This document shows positions 1-9,421 of a stretch of DNA of 64,000 bases, one piece after another. Each line of letters starts with the position of its first letter. Position 1 is the stretch's first letter. Origin of the DNA: a virus (lineage: Duplodnaviria > Caudoviricetes). Both the position numbers and the translations under genes were made by a program. Below the pieces are notes generated by a model, which saw nothing but the letters and a program-made list of their open reading frames with translations, had not been told where the DNA came from and did no database searches. Location of the stretch: the IMG/VR virus record IMGVR_UViG_3300031857_000007. The stretch is one strand, 5' to 3'.

Positions 1-330
1 AATTAGTACCTACAGAATTAGTAATAGTACCAATTCCACTATAGTTTAAATTAGTGCCTCTTACATTAACTATAGTACCAATACCGGTATAATTTAGATT
101 GGTTCCCGTTAGTGTGGTAATTATTCCAGTATTTACAAATGCATTTTGCGAATATAAATTTGTATTGCTTATATTGGCAATTGTGCCGATTCCACTATAG
201 TTAAGATCTGTACCTCTTACATTAACTATTGTGCCAATACCGGTGTAACTAAGATCCGTACCTCTTACATTAACTATGGTTCCAATTCCACTATAACTTA
301 GGTTAGTTCCTCTAAGAGTAGTAACTACAC
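1..330 (-). repeat. Imperfect 48-bp (16-aa) tandem coding repeats
   Basis: Recurring plus-strand cctcttacattaacta...ccaat unit encoding G(I)GTIVNVRGT(N/D)L(N/S)Y(S/T). Confidence 0.8.
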
Positions 331-760
331 CTACAGCAAAAGTTGAGATTCCTGAGAGATTTATATTTGTAAGTTCGATTCCATTCGCATTTACATTATT
401 TACGATAAGATTTCCATTAAATATAGAATTTCCATCTACATAAAATGAAGTTGTCCCTGCTCCAGTAGAAAATCCTCTTATTTCTACCTGATATATGGGC
501 AAATTCGTTCCAAATCCAACATATGCATCGTCTTTTCCGGCAGTCATTACAATGCCGTCTAGACCAACTTGAAGCTTTTCTCTAACGGTAGATACCCCAG
601 TGGTATAAATGTCAGTAACCCCAATACCACCACTTACATGAAACAAATATTTTGCAATAGAAGTACCGATTCCCACCTTATTGGTTAAGGAATCGGCAAC
701 AATTAGATCTGTATCAACTTCTAATCCGTTTTTTACTACAAAGTTTTTATTGATTCCCAT
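1..760 (-). CDS. Tail fibre / virion structural protein, 5' part only (runs off the window edge)
   Basis: Translated by hand from ATG at 760: MGINKNFVVKNGLEVDTDLIVADSLTNKVGIGTS..., open to position 1, with GIGTIVNVRGTNLNYS-type repeats; late-promoter-like AATAAATA at 797-804. Confidence 0.75.
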   Translation of the reverse strand, partial: MGINKNFVVKNGLEVDTDLIVADSLTNKVGIGTSIAKYLFHVSGGIGVTDIYTTGVSTVREKLQVGLDGIVMTAGKDDAYVGFGTNLPIYQVEIRGFSTGAGTTSFYVDGNSIFNGNLIVNNVNANGIELTNINLSGISTFAVGVVTTLRGTNLSYSGIGTIVNVRGTDLSYTGIGTIVNVRGTDLNYSGIGTIANISNTNLYSQNAFVNTGIITTLTGTNLNYTGIGTIVNVRGTNLNYSGIGTITNSVGTN

Positions 761-799
761 TGGGTTTCACTCTCCACCCGAGTAGATTGTTTCTACTAT

Positions 800-3700
800 T
801 TATTGTTTTTTCAGTTCATTAACCTCTTCTCTTAGTTCTTTAACTGCTTCAATTAGGACTGCAATTAGATTATTATATCTAATTGTCTTAAATCCATCCT
901 CACTTTCACCAATCATCTCTGGGAATATTTTTTCAACTTCTTGTGCAATTAAACCTATAGATTTTTCTTCAGTTGATTTCCATTCAAAACTTACACCTTG
1001 AAGTTGTGCAATTTTATCTAGAGAATTCTGTAGTGGTTCAATGTTCTTTTTCAGATTAATATCTGAACTAGAGTTGAAGTCTGAAGCAGTTACTATTCCA
1101 GAAACACTTACAAATGGCGCAGTTATTGAACCTCTGAATGTCACACTATTGCTATTGTAAGGATATGAGAAAACTACTTCATTTGTAGAATTATCCTTTC
1201 TATAGAATGAAATTTCATCCGAAGTCTCGCCAGTAGCAAATCCTGGAGTTCCATCACCATTATAGTATACGCCTCCACCATATATACTGGATTGTCCTAC
1301 AAACATATATCCTGTTCCTTGAACGGAACCATGTGCCTCAAATCCAGCAATATTGTTATCACCAGCAAGAACTCTAACGTAAGAATCAGACGCTCTAGTA
1401 GATGATCCTATTGAAACATCACCATTGAAAGTGGTAATTCCACTTATAACTGTTGATAAATCTAGATTTGGTAGTGTTGTAATACCCGTGGATCTAATAT
1501 TATTTGCAATTAATCTTTGGGATAGATTGACTTCTTTAGCGAAGTTAACAGGATCTGAGAAAGTAGATACACCAGAAACAACATTAATTCCACTATTAAA
1601 TATCGAATTGTTATTGAATGTCGAAACTCCTGCGACGTTTAATGTTGCTGGTGCAACAGAACTTGAGAAGAATGTTAATGTAGTGATTCCTGTTGTATTA
1701 TCATAATAATGTGCAATAGAAATACCGGTACCAACAAAGTTAATTAGAGTTGCAAGTCCAACATAATTGTAATTTGAAGATATGCCTATCGTTAAGAAGT
1801 TGGTTAGTAATCCATTATCTGCAATATTTCCAAATGTCTCCCAACGATTGTTTTGTGTGTATATCCAACCAACACTGCCTCCACTTAAAGGATTGCCGTT
1901 GTAAACAACATCTCCTGGGTTTGAAGCTGCAGTAGGAGTTGAAATACCTACAGTATACTTTCTAGATACCTGAACATCACCTTGTAGGAGTAGCGAAGAA
2001 GCTTCAATACCCTTTGTTGAATTTGAAGTTAATTTGTTGTTGAAAACAACAGGACCATCAAACTTCGAAATAATATTTCCATCTATACCACCCTCAACCC
2101 TAATTGATCTGCTAATGGTAGCTTCTAATGGGTTGATAACATTAAATCCAACATTGATATCATTTGAAATGATATCCTCACCAACAACTGTTGCAATTGG
2201 AGTGTCAAATACTTCTTCTTGACCAGTCGATGAATTTACTTTCTTATTTCCAGAGTATGTAATACCCTTATCATTCATACCATTATAATAGTTAATACCA
2301 CCATCAATTTTTGTTGACTGTGATAAAATTTCTTCTTGAGGAGTTATTTGTCTATCTTGTCTTTCTGGAAGTGATGAAGAGTAGTTGCCAGGACCATATC
2401 CAACATATTCAAAAGTATGACCAGATGCACGAATAATAGAATTTCTTCTCAATTCAACTGGTATTGGTCTTATTCTTCTAATTACAGATCCAGCTTCGTG
2501 TGTCTGTCTTCTGGATCCAAGAACTCCTCTAAAGACAGTAACTGGATTTCCAGTAACTGTTGTCTTAATTCTAAGGATCTCGTCATTTATTTGTAAGAAA
2601 TCGCCAATTTGTAAATTGAGATTTTCTACGTTTACGATAGATATCGTTGTAGTTGTTTGTGAAGAAATTGTGGATTGTAGTGTTGTTGTAATACCAGCAT
2701 ATTCTGATATTAAACGTCCAGAAAGATTTTCGTCGTCTCTCTTAATAATTCCAGCATTTGAAGTATATCCAAGTCTATAAAGATATTTTGTGCCACTTGT
2801 ATCATAGTTTGCTGTTCCGACACCAATATTGGCAATAAATGTAGTTAGTCCAACAACACTCTTAATAACAAAGTCTCCATTGAATACTGAAGAGTTTGCT
2901 CCACTAAATCTTACTTTGTTATTGGTAAACAGACCATGATTTTGATCCGTTGTAACAGTAGCCAGTCCTGTTACTGGATTATATGCAATGGTAGTTATTC
3001 CTAAAGTTTTTCCTGTAAGAATTGCTTCAGAATAAAGTGAAGCAGTAATTCCAATACCAGTTATTGTGGAGACACCAGATATGGGACTGGAAGACTCTAC
3101 TGTAATAGTTCTTGTGGAAATTCCAGTAATTCTATATGAAGTGTTGTAATCTTTGTATGATAAGGAAGAAATTCCAGAAAGGACAAGAGTATCATTTATA
3201 TTATTTGTCGTTGCTGTTACGCTTACGATTCCAATAATATGTCCTGATGTAGTTGCTACTCCGACAACAGCAAGACTGTTTCCTATTCCATAACCACTAC
3301 CACCATTAATAATGAAAACATTAGTTAGTTTTCCAGCAGTATCAAAGGATATTCTGGCAGTAGCATTAATGCCTGTGACAGAACCAGCAAGTCCAACTAA
3401 ACGAGCATTGTAAAGAGTACCAGAAGATCCAGAACCATATGCATACCCAGAACTTACAATTCCAACTTTAGTTATTCCATTCAACCCATGATCATAAGAA
3501 GTGAAGAATGTGTGAGCAGTTCCTGCAACATTCGAAATAATATTGGTAAGACCTATTCCAATGTTATTGTCATGAGACAGTTTTTCAATCGTTTCTTTTG
3601 TAATGCTGTATTGTGAATTATTAACGATAACTTGTCCTGCTGGTTCTGATAAAGCAAAACATGTTGCAGATTGAGGATCCGATATTGGATTATCTCTATC

Positions 3701-6667
3701 TAGTTGTGGATATAGATTCTGCAGCGGTTGAGAGAATCTATAACCTGTGAATGGTGAAGAAGTTGGAGAATTTGAGGAATTTACTATGTGTAAATGATAA
3801 ATTCCATCCTGTTTTCCTGAAATATATTCTTGAACTTCTTGACTCTTGTAGATATAATATGTTCCAGAGTATCTTTTCTTCTTAAAATATGGAAGAGATA
3901 CATTTCTAGAAGAGTTATTATTCGTATAGGATCCTGGATCTTTGCTTAAGGCAATACTAAAATGCTTAGAACTACTAATTCCAGTAACAGTGAAAGTTCC
4001 ATTAAATCCAGTATTTGCAATACCAGTCGTATTATTTGAACTGGTTATATTATTAATTTCAACCTCAGATCCAACTTTAAGGTTGTGTGGAATTTCTGTT
4101 AAAATGTTTGCAGTTCCAATGTTCCAACTTGCATTAGAAATTATTCTAAAGTTCCTTAATTCGGTTGAATTTGATAGACTTGCTGAAGAAGGATTAAACT
4201 GATATGCAACTTCAGAGTCTGTAGATCCTATTGACGTATTTGATTCTTGGATTACATATCCTTCAACAGGAGGTCTTGAAACAATTGTCGAATCGGAAGG
4301 AATTACATAACGAACTCTATAAATTGTATCATCTAGAGATCTATTATCAGGTTTTCTTGTGATAAATGTTCTAGGACTTGCCTGTCCAAGAGAAGTTGTT
4401 CCTGCACTAATAATTGTTGGATAAATTGAATTTTCGGTCGAAGCAGTTGCAACGTTGATATACCATTGGCTTCCATCCCATTGAATTGGGTGTCCAATAT
4501 CTCCCGACTTTTTATCGGATACTCTACTTATTACTTGAAGTATTCCACCCTTGCTATTAATAGTAATCTCATCATCATTGATAGCATCATTTAAAGTCTG
4601 TGCAAGTTTAAGTTGCTTACCATTGCTAATATTGCTGCCACTAGTAATTGCATAATAAATTTGATTATTCGAAATTCCATCTGGAATTTGACCAGTTTCA
4701 CTTATAACTCTTACAGATTCTCCATTAATAAACGAATGAGTTTGATTTAGTGTAATTACATTGCTTGTAATACTATTAATTCCAGTTACACTTCTATCAA
4801 CAACAAATATTTTTTCTGAGGTTGTCTCAGAAGAAGTGAATTGAGTATTCGGCATGATGACTCTAGCCGAATATTGTGTACTAATTCCGCCCGAAGAGAA
4901 AAGTACATTTAAATTTTCGTTTCTCTTAGAACCAATCCTGTAACCTTCTATTACACCTTCAGGAGGTGAAGATTGATTTGTCTCGTTATAAAGATAAAGG
5001 CGATTAGTTGAAGCAATACTTACAGTTTTTGCAATGTCAATTGATAAAAATTCAACACTAGTTTCTGTTGTTTCTAATTCTCTTGGAGGAATAATATGAG
5101 TTATATATCCAACATCATCTCTTCTAAAAGCTTCTTTTTGGTATCCAGAAGCAACTAGGGCTTTGGCACCAAAGTTTGAGTTTGAGTTTGTTATTGAAAG
5201 ATCTCCACCATCTTCAGCAATAAAATGTTGAGCATATCCAATAGCAAAAACAGAAACTACCTGAATAAATGCATTATTTGTTGCTTTAATATGGAAGTTT
5301 GAATATGTTGGTTTATATCTTGCTCTAGAGTCCGTGTGAATATTTTCATTTCCACTAGCAGTTTTATCATTAAATGTTCCACTAGTAGAGTTGTATTTTA
5401 CAAAAGCATTGTTGTCTTTTTGGAGTCCAATTCCTGTGAATTGGGCAACAACCATACTCTTAAATCCATCTGCCTTTTCTCCATCTGCCAACATTCCACA
5501 CATTCCATATACAGATCTCAATGAAATGTTAAAGATATATGGTGAGGAAGATGTAACAGTATCAACTAATATACTTAAAGTTGCTCCAGAAACAGAAGGA
5601 AGAGGATCTAGTGGAGAGTTCTGTACCTTATATTTTACCTGAGTATTACTAATAACTTCACTAAGAACATATTGTCCGTCATATCCAGGAGCATTTACAC
5701 CTTCAACTCTTATTGGAGTATCAACTTGTAATCCTGCATCATTAGTTTGAAGATCTACTGTAATAGTTGTAGTAGGTGTTATACCATCACCAGATCTAAT
5801 ACTGGTTATTCCAATTTCAGCACCTTTTGATCCAACAATTCTAAATTCATCAATCTTTGTTTGGATATCAATAGGATCTCCAACAAATTCTGGAGGAAGA
5901 GCTCTTCCACTTGTCGAACCATAAACTGCTCCGACCTTTTCATAATACATGTCAAGGTCAGTTTTCTCTGAATAATAAGATAAGAATGCGTCTTCAATTT
6001 CTACCTTATTGACACCATCTGCATATTCAAAACATGAAAGTTTATGATGAGAAAAATTGGGAACAAAGACATTGCTTGTATAATCTTTATATACAACATC
6101 ATTTGGATCAGCGTCAAAAATACTGAACTGCCAAATATAACAAGAACCTGTTACCCTAAAAATACAAGATCTTTCAATATTATCATTCTCTGGATTTGGT
6201 ACATACTTTGGTCGGATCTTAGTCTTTCTTAAATCCAATCCAACAATTGAAGTTCCTCTTGGAACAATAACACCACCGTGAATACTATTAAGTTTATATA
6301 AAGTATTATCTTCAGTAGCTAGATCAAAATTAGTTTGAGAATCAAACGGAGACAAGTCATTAGTTGTTCCTCCATTTCTCAGAGTATAATCATTTATATT
6401 ATTGACAAGATATCCAGGTCTATTATCAACTAAGTGTTCACCTGGATATAATAAAATTGTTGTTTTACCAAATCTATCATTATCTCTTCCCTTTTGATAA
6501 GAAAATCTTGCTGCCTCAACTAAAGCTCTTTGGATTGTTTTAAAGGGCCTCGTGAGAGAATTACCTTGATTTTCTACACCATCTGTTGCGTCAATACTCG
6601 AAGGATCGACGTAGAGAATTGTTCCTTTTGTATTCTTAAGAAAATTATCTAAGCGACTAAGACCCAT
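800..6667 (-). CDS. Large tail-fibre/virion protein (1955 aa) with C-terminal peptidase S74-type intramolecular chaperone
   Basis: N-terminus LYVDPSSIDATD...PFKTIQRAL is typical of cyanophage virion proteins; Gly/Ser/Thr-rich beta repeats; C-terminus SDINLKKNI...GVSFEW...GLIAQEVEKIFPE...YNNLIAVLIEAVKEL plus coiled coil. Confidence 0.8.
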   Translation of the reverse strand: MGLSRLDNFLKNTKGTILYVDPSSIDATDGVENQGNSLTRPFKTIQRALVEAARFSYQKGRDNDRFGKTTILLYPGEHLVDNRPGYLVNNINDYTLRNGGTTNDLSPFDSQTNFDLATEDNTLYKLNSIHGGVIVPRGTSIVGLDLRKTKIRPKYVPNPENDNIERSCIFRVTGSCYIWQFSIFDADPNDVVYKDYTSNVFVPNFSHHKLSCFEYADGVNKVEIEDAFLSYYSEKTDLDMYYEKVGAVYGSTSGRALPPEFVGDPIDIQTKIDEFRIVGSKGAEIGITSIRSGDGITPTTTITVDLQTNDAGLQVDTPIRVEGVNAPGYDGQYVLSEVISNTQVKYKVQNSPLDPLPSVSGATLSILVDTVTSSSPYIFNISLRSVYGMCGMLADGEKADGFKSMVVAQFTGIGLQKDNNAFVKYNSTSGTFNDKTASGNENIHTDSRARYKPTYSNFHIKATNNAFIQVVSVFAIGYAQHFIAEDGGDLSITNSNSNFGAKALVASGYQKEAFRRDDVGYITHIIPPRELETTETSVEFLSIDIAKTVSIASTNRLYLYNETNQSSPPEGVIEGYRIGSKRNENLNVLFSSGGISTQYSARVIMPNTQFTSSETTSEKIFVVDRSVTGINSITSNVITLNQTHSFINGESVRVISETGQIPDGISNNQIYYAITSGSNISNGKQLKLAQTLNDAINDDEITINSKGGILQVISRVSDKKSGDIGHPIQWDGSQWYINVATASTENSIYPTIISAGTTSLGQASPRTFITRKPDNRSLDDTIYRVRYVIPSDSTIVSRPPVEGYVIQESNTSIGSTDSEVAYQFNPSSASLSNSTELRNFRIISNASWNIGTANILTEIPHNLKVGSEVEINNITSSNNTTGIANTGFNGTFTVTGISSSKHFSIALSKDPGSYTNNNSSRNVSLPYFKKKRYSGTYYIYKSQEVQEYISGKQDGIYHLHIVNSSNSPTSSPFTGYRFSQPLQNLYPQLDRDNPISDPQSATCFALSEPAGQVIVNNSQYSITKETIEKLSHDNNIGIGLTNIISNVAGTAHTFFTSYDHGLNGITKVGIVSSGYAYGSGSSGTLYNARLVGLAGSVTGINATARISFDTAGKLTNVFIINGGSGYGIGNSLAVVGVATTSGHIIGIVSVTATTNNINDTLVLSGISSLSYKDYNTSYRITGISTRTITVESSSPISGVSTITGIGITASLYSEAILTGKTLGITTIAYNPVTGLATVTTDQNHGLFTNNKVRFSGANSSVFNGDFVIKSVVGLTTFIANIGVGTANYDTSGTKYLYRLGYTSNAGIIKRDDENLSGRLISEYAGITTTLQSTISSQTTTTISIVNVENLNLQIGDFLQINDEILRIKTTVTGNPVTVFRGVLGSRRQTHEAGSVIRRIRPIPVELRRNSIIRASGHTFEYVGYGPGNYSSSLPERQDRQITPQEEILSQSTKIDGGINYYNGMNDKGITYSGNKKVNSSTGQEEVFDTPIATVVGEDIISNDINVGFNVINPLEATISRSIRVEGGIDGNIISKFDGPVVFNNKLTSNSTKGIEASSLLLQGDVQVSRKYTVGISTPTAASNPGDVVYNGNPLSGGSVGWIYTQNNRWETFGNIADNGLLTNFLTIGISSNYNYVGLATLINFVGTGISIAHYYDNTTGITTLTFFSSSVAPATLNVAGVSTFNNNSIFNSGINVVSGVSTFSDPVNFAKEVNLSQRLIANNIRSTGITTLPNLDLSTVISGITTFNGDVSIGSSTRASDSYVRVLAGDNNIAGFEAHGSVQGTGYMFVGQSSIYGGGVYYNGDGTPGFATGETSDEISFYRKDNSTNEVVFSYPYNSNSVTFRGSITAPFVSVSGIVTASDFNSSSDINLKKNIEPLQNSLDKIAQLQGVSFEWKSTEEKSIGLIAQEVEKIFPEMIGESEDGFKTIRYNNLIAVLIEAVKELREEVNELKKQ

Positions 6668-6697
6668 TTTATTGCTATGAGAAGTTCCGTTATAGAT

Positions 6698-6705
6698 TAT
6701 TTATC
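6698..6705 (-). promoter_or_regulatory. T4-type late promoter (GATAAATA)
   Basis: ATAAATA about 30 nt upstream of the 1955-aa structural gene. Confidence 0.6.
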
Positions 6706-6711
6706 ATACAA

Positions 6712-6737
6712 CGAAACCCCCCTTAAAGGGAGGTTTT
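6712..6737 (-). terminator. Probable intrinsic terminator
   Basis: AAAACCTCCC-TTTAA-GGGGGGTTTCG hairpin followed by a weak U-run. Confidence 0.55.
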
Positions 6738-6773
6738 GAAGTCACACGGAAGGGAGTTTGGTTTTGTATCGCC

Positions 6774-7394
6774 TTAACTATTATACCACATCTCTTCTTT
6801 CCAAGTCAACCTTTCTTGAAGTTTTTTGTCGAATACCATAAGATATCTGTGCTTTCTACTTCGTTCTCTCCATTCTCCTTCAGCACCTTTTACTTTTCCA
6901 CGAGAGTGTTTAGTTCCGTCTGAATAATAGAAATCTTTTTTTCGATCCGTGAGACCGTAATACTTAAAGTTGCAAGCACGATAAGTTGTACCAGAATGGA
7001 AATCTGAATCAGCATAAGAAAGGATTGCTTTAACCTCAGTATCTTTCCGAAGTTGTCTAATCGCCCGTGACACAAACCAAGAAGTGATGTTATATTCGCA
7101 TGACTGCGTACTAGGTTCGATGCAAAGTCTTGAGAGTTCGAAAAGTCCTTGTTGTTCATTTCTTTCAAGTCCAAATGCTCCTTTTGCAATCTCAGGTACA
7201 GGCAATCCAGTGAATATACAAACTCCTTTAATTCCACCAATATTTAATGGCGCGAAATAATTATTTTCAAAGAGACCATAGTTATACCCCGACTTAAATC
7301 CCTTTGAAAAATCTTTGAGGTAATGATATTGTAATAAAAGTTCCTTTGCTTGTTGTTTATTTACTTTATCAATATAGAAATCACTCTTTGCCAT
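6774..7394 (-). CDS. mom: Mom-like (GNAT-fold) DNA modification protein
   Basis: HYL, ELSRLC, SWFVSRAIRQL, ILSYAD...H.GT.Y.A.NF.Y.G motifs of Mu Mom homologues. Confidence 0.7.
   Translation of the reverse strand: MAKSDFYIDKVNKQQAKELLLQYHYLKDFSKGFKSGYNYGLFENNYFAPLNIGGIKGVCIFTGLPVPEIAKGAFGLERNEQQGLFELSRLCIEPSTQSCEYNITSWFVSRAIRQLRKDTEVKAILSYADSDFHSGTTYRACNFKYYGLTDRKKDFYYSDGTKHSRGKVKGAEGEWRERSRKHRYLMVFDKKLQERLTWKEEMWYNS
6780..6809 (-). promoter_or_regulatory. Sigma70-type early promoter
   Basis: TTGACT-N18-TATAAT with TGTG just upstream of the -10. Confidence 0.65.
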
Positions 7395-7548
7395 TCATTA
7401 GATATTCTACAGTAGTTGCAACATCATTCATAGCATCACGAAGATTTGGTTGCTGTCCAGATTCTTGTTTTATGATAGGTCTTGCGTCGTCAGTTAAAGT
7501 CCAACGCCACTGATTCATATCATTACAATACCAGAGATTAATTTTCAT
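7381..7548 (-). CDS. Small hypothetical protein (55 aa)
   Basis: Hand translation MKINLWYCNDMNQWRWTLTDD...; overlaps both neighbours as in an operon. Confidence 0.6.
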   Translation of the reverse strand: MKINLWYCNDMNQWRWTLTDDARPIIKQESGQQPNLRDAMNDVATTVEYLMNGKE

Positions 7549-7693
7549 TTTTTTGATATTCTAGTTTTACCCAATTTAGAAGAGCATTTAATTCCATTCT
7601 TTTCTCTTCGCTCATATCAATTCCTTTGCTAAAGAGATAGAAATCAAGTGCTTCGATTGTGGTTTTTCTATCTTGTTGTGAAATAAGTGACAT
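7538..7693 (-). CDS. Small hypothetical protein (51 aa)
   Basis: Hand translation MSLISQQDRKTTIEALDFYLF... Confidence 0.55.
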   Translation of the reverse strand: MSLISQQDRKTTIEALDFYLFSKGIDMSEEKRMELNALLNWVKLEYQKNEN

Positions 7694-7713
7694 TTGGAGT
7701 TTTATAGAACTCA

Positions 7714-7786
7714 AGCCCCCGACAAGACTTGAACTTGCGACAACCGCTTTACAAAAGCGGTGCTCTACCAGCTGAGCTACAAGGGC
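7714..7786 (-). tRNA. tRNA-Thr(UGU)
   Basis: GCCCTTGTAGCTCAGCTGGTAGAGC-ACCGCT-TT-TGT-AA-AGCGG...GTTCAAG...CGGGGGCT cloverleaf, 73 nt. Confidence 0.95.
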
Positions 7787-7788
7787 AA

Positions 7789-8058
7789 TTAATCGACAGG
7801 TAACATTTCAGGATTTTCTAGATCTAGTTCAAACATTAGAGGATGACATAGTTCATCAATTAAATAAAAAGATGATTTATATAAATCATCTGGTTCAAAC
7901 CTTCTTTCTTTATCTGCCAATTCTATGACTTCCAGATCGTATTGATAACTATCAGGAACATCATCAAAAGTAAATGGTATTTGATTTATGAAATACATTA
8001 GAACTATTTGTGCTCCTTTATTATACCAAACGTATCTGGCATCTATTCTGTATTTCAT
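7789..8058 (-). CDS. Hypothetical protein between tRNA genes
   Basis: ORF track, 89 aa, fills the gap between tRNA-Leu and tRNA-Thr. Confidence 0.65.
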   Translation of the reverse strand: MKYRIDARYVWYNKGAQIVLMYFINQIPFTFDDVPDSYQYDLEVIELADKERRFEPDDLYKSSFYLIDELCHPLMFELDLENPEMLPVD

Positions 8059-8107
8059 AGGAGAACCTCCTACTTTTTTATATTTAGAGATTGTTTAAAA
8101 CCTCTAA

Positions 8108-8191
8108 TAGGAACGGGGAGACTTGAACTCCCACGAGCAAATGCCCAACTGATTTTAAGTCAGGTGCGTCTACCGATTCCGCCACGCTCCC
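8108..8191 (-). tRNA. tRNA-Leu(UAA)
   Basis: GGGAGCGTGGCGGAATCGGTAGACGC-ACCTGA-CT-TAA-AA-TCAG, long variable arm, GTTCAAG T-loop, 84 nt. Confidence 0.95.
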
Positions 8192-8199
8192 ATGTATTT

Positions 8200-8274
8200 T
8201 GGTAGGACTGCTGAGACTTGAACTCAGTTCACACCGTTATAAGCAGTGGGCCTTAACCCATAGGCGACAGTCCC
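8200..8274 (-). tRNA. tRNA-Ile(UAU) with encoded CCA
   Basis: GGGACTG...CACTG-CT-TAT-AA-CGGTG...GTTCAAG...CAGTCCT-A-CCA. Confidence 0.9.
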
Positions 8275-8282
8275 ATAAAAAC

Positions 8283-8462
8283 TCAAAAGAGATTGAGTTG
8301 ATTGTCAGATTCTACCACATAAGTTGGGGGATGTAAACGGCAGTATTCATTAAACGTAATCTTCATTTCTTTGTTGGTGAGATTACAGTTCTTTGCTGCC
8401 GTTGGAACATTCCATTTTGCTGTGAACAACATTTCCATTGATTCTCGTGTTTCAGGTCTCAT
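8283..8462 (-). CDS. Small hypothetical protein (59 aa)
   Basis: Hand translation MRPETRESMEMLFTAKWNVPTAAKNCNL... Confidence 0.6.
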   Translation of the reverse strand: MRPETRESMEMLFTAKWNVPTAAKNCNLTNKEMKITFNEYCRLHPPTYVVESDNQLNLF

Positions 8463-8641
8463 ACGGGACTTGTGTAAGAAAGGGTTTCTTCGTCAAGTGT
8501 TTCTCGAACAAACTTTAGCACATTCATAAACTCTTGTACAGTCTCACAGACCACTTCTTTTTCTGACCCTTCGTTGGAAAAAAGATGAACTTTTCTAGAG
8601 ATTGGATCGATCACACATCTAGTTAGATACTCATCATTCAT
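8459..8641 (-). CDS. Hypothetical protein (60 aa; start revised to MNDEY)
   Basis: ORF track; the upstream GTG start at 8680 lies inside a promoter. Confidence 0.65.
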   Translation of the reverse strand: MNDEYLTRCVIDPISRKVHLFSNEGSEKEVVCETVQEFMNVLKFVRETLDEETLSYTSPV

Positions 8642-8668
8642 TTGGTCGAATCCTTTGATTACCAAGTA

Positions 8669-8697
8669 ATCATACCACACCAGACCCTACCCGTCAA
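8669..8697 (-). promoter_or_regulatory. Sigma70-type promoter for the small-ORF/tRNA operon
   Basis: TTGACG-N17-TATGAT with TGTG just upstream of the -10. Confidence 0.75.
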
Positions 8698-9421
8698 GAC
8701 CCCGAACGTCATAGTGATATCCAGAAATAGAATATTGAGTATTATCTCCTGGATAATTTTTTGGTGATGCACCTTCATATTCAATAATTAAAGGATCTCC
8801 GTCCATTCTTGAAGCATTTACCAAATAATAACAATCTATATTTGCTCCATTTCCAGATTTTAATATAATTTTTTGTCCCCATTCTATTTTTTCTACGATC
8901 AAATCTTGAGAATAACCAATTTGGGTTAATGAAACTGTAATTGTTTCTGGATCAATTAATCCATTCCAATAATCTGGCAAATTTATGACGTTAGAATTTG
9001 TGAGTCTTCCTCTAAAATAAACTCCTCCTTCAGGACCTTCCAAACAAATATGCCTTAGTCTATAATTTGGTTTATTTGGGTGTTTAATATCAAATCCTTT
9101 CCAAGACTGAACATTTATAGTTCCTTGAAAATTTGGTGCAGTTACTGTTCCTGAAAAATTTGTTTGTGATGCGTCAACAGTAAATGTTCCAATAGGTCCT
9201 GTGCTTCTTCCTAGAGTTACAGAACTTGTGTCATATCCATTGAGTTTTAAATATGCATAATCTGCGGTTGTGTTTAGTAGTACAACAGCAACATCATTTA
9301 AATTGAAGTCGCTACCAAAATCGTCCTTTTTCCACCAGTTTGGCTCACTGTCGTCAAAATTATAATCTCCATTGCCAGGTCCAGTTAGAACTGCATATTT
9401 TTTAAAATCAAACAAAGTCAT
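8687..9421 (-). CDS. Baseplate/tail-associated protein with FDIxHP...LEGPE C-terminal domain
   Basis: C-terminal domain shared with the adjacent ORF; located downstream of gp5. Confidence 0.55.
   Translation of the reverse strand: MTLFDFKKYAVLTGPGNGDYNFDDSEPNWWKKDDFGSDFNLNDVAVVLLNTTADYAYLKLNGYDTSSVTLGRSTGPIGTFTVDASQTNFSGTVTAPNFQGTINVQSWKGFDIKHPNKPNYRLRHICLEGPEGGVYFRGRLTNSNVINLPDYWNGLIDPETITVSLTQIGYSQDLIVEKIEWGQKIILKSGNGANIDCYYLVNASRMDGDPLIIEYEGASPKNYPGDNTQYSISGYHYDVRGLDG

Noticed and set aside
6890-7240. Alternative-frame 116-aa ORF inside the mom-like gene
   Set aside because: Fully nested, with no motifs or RBS.
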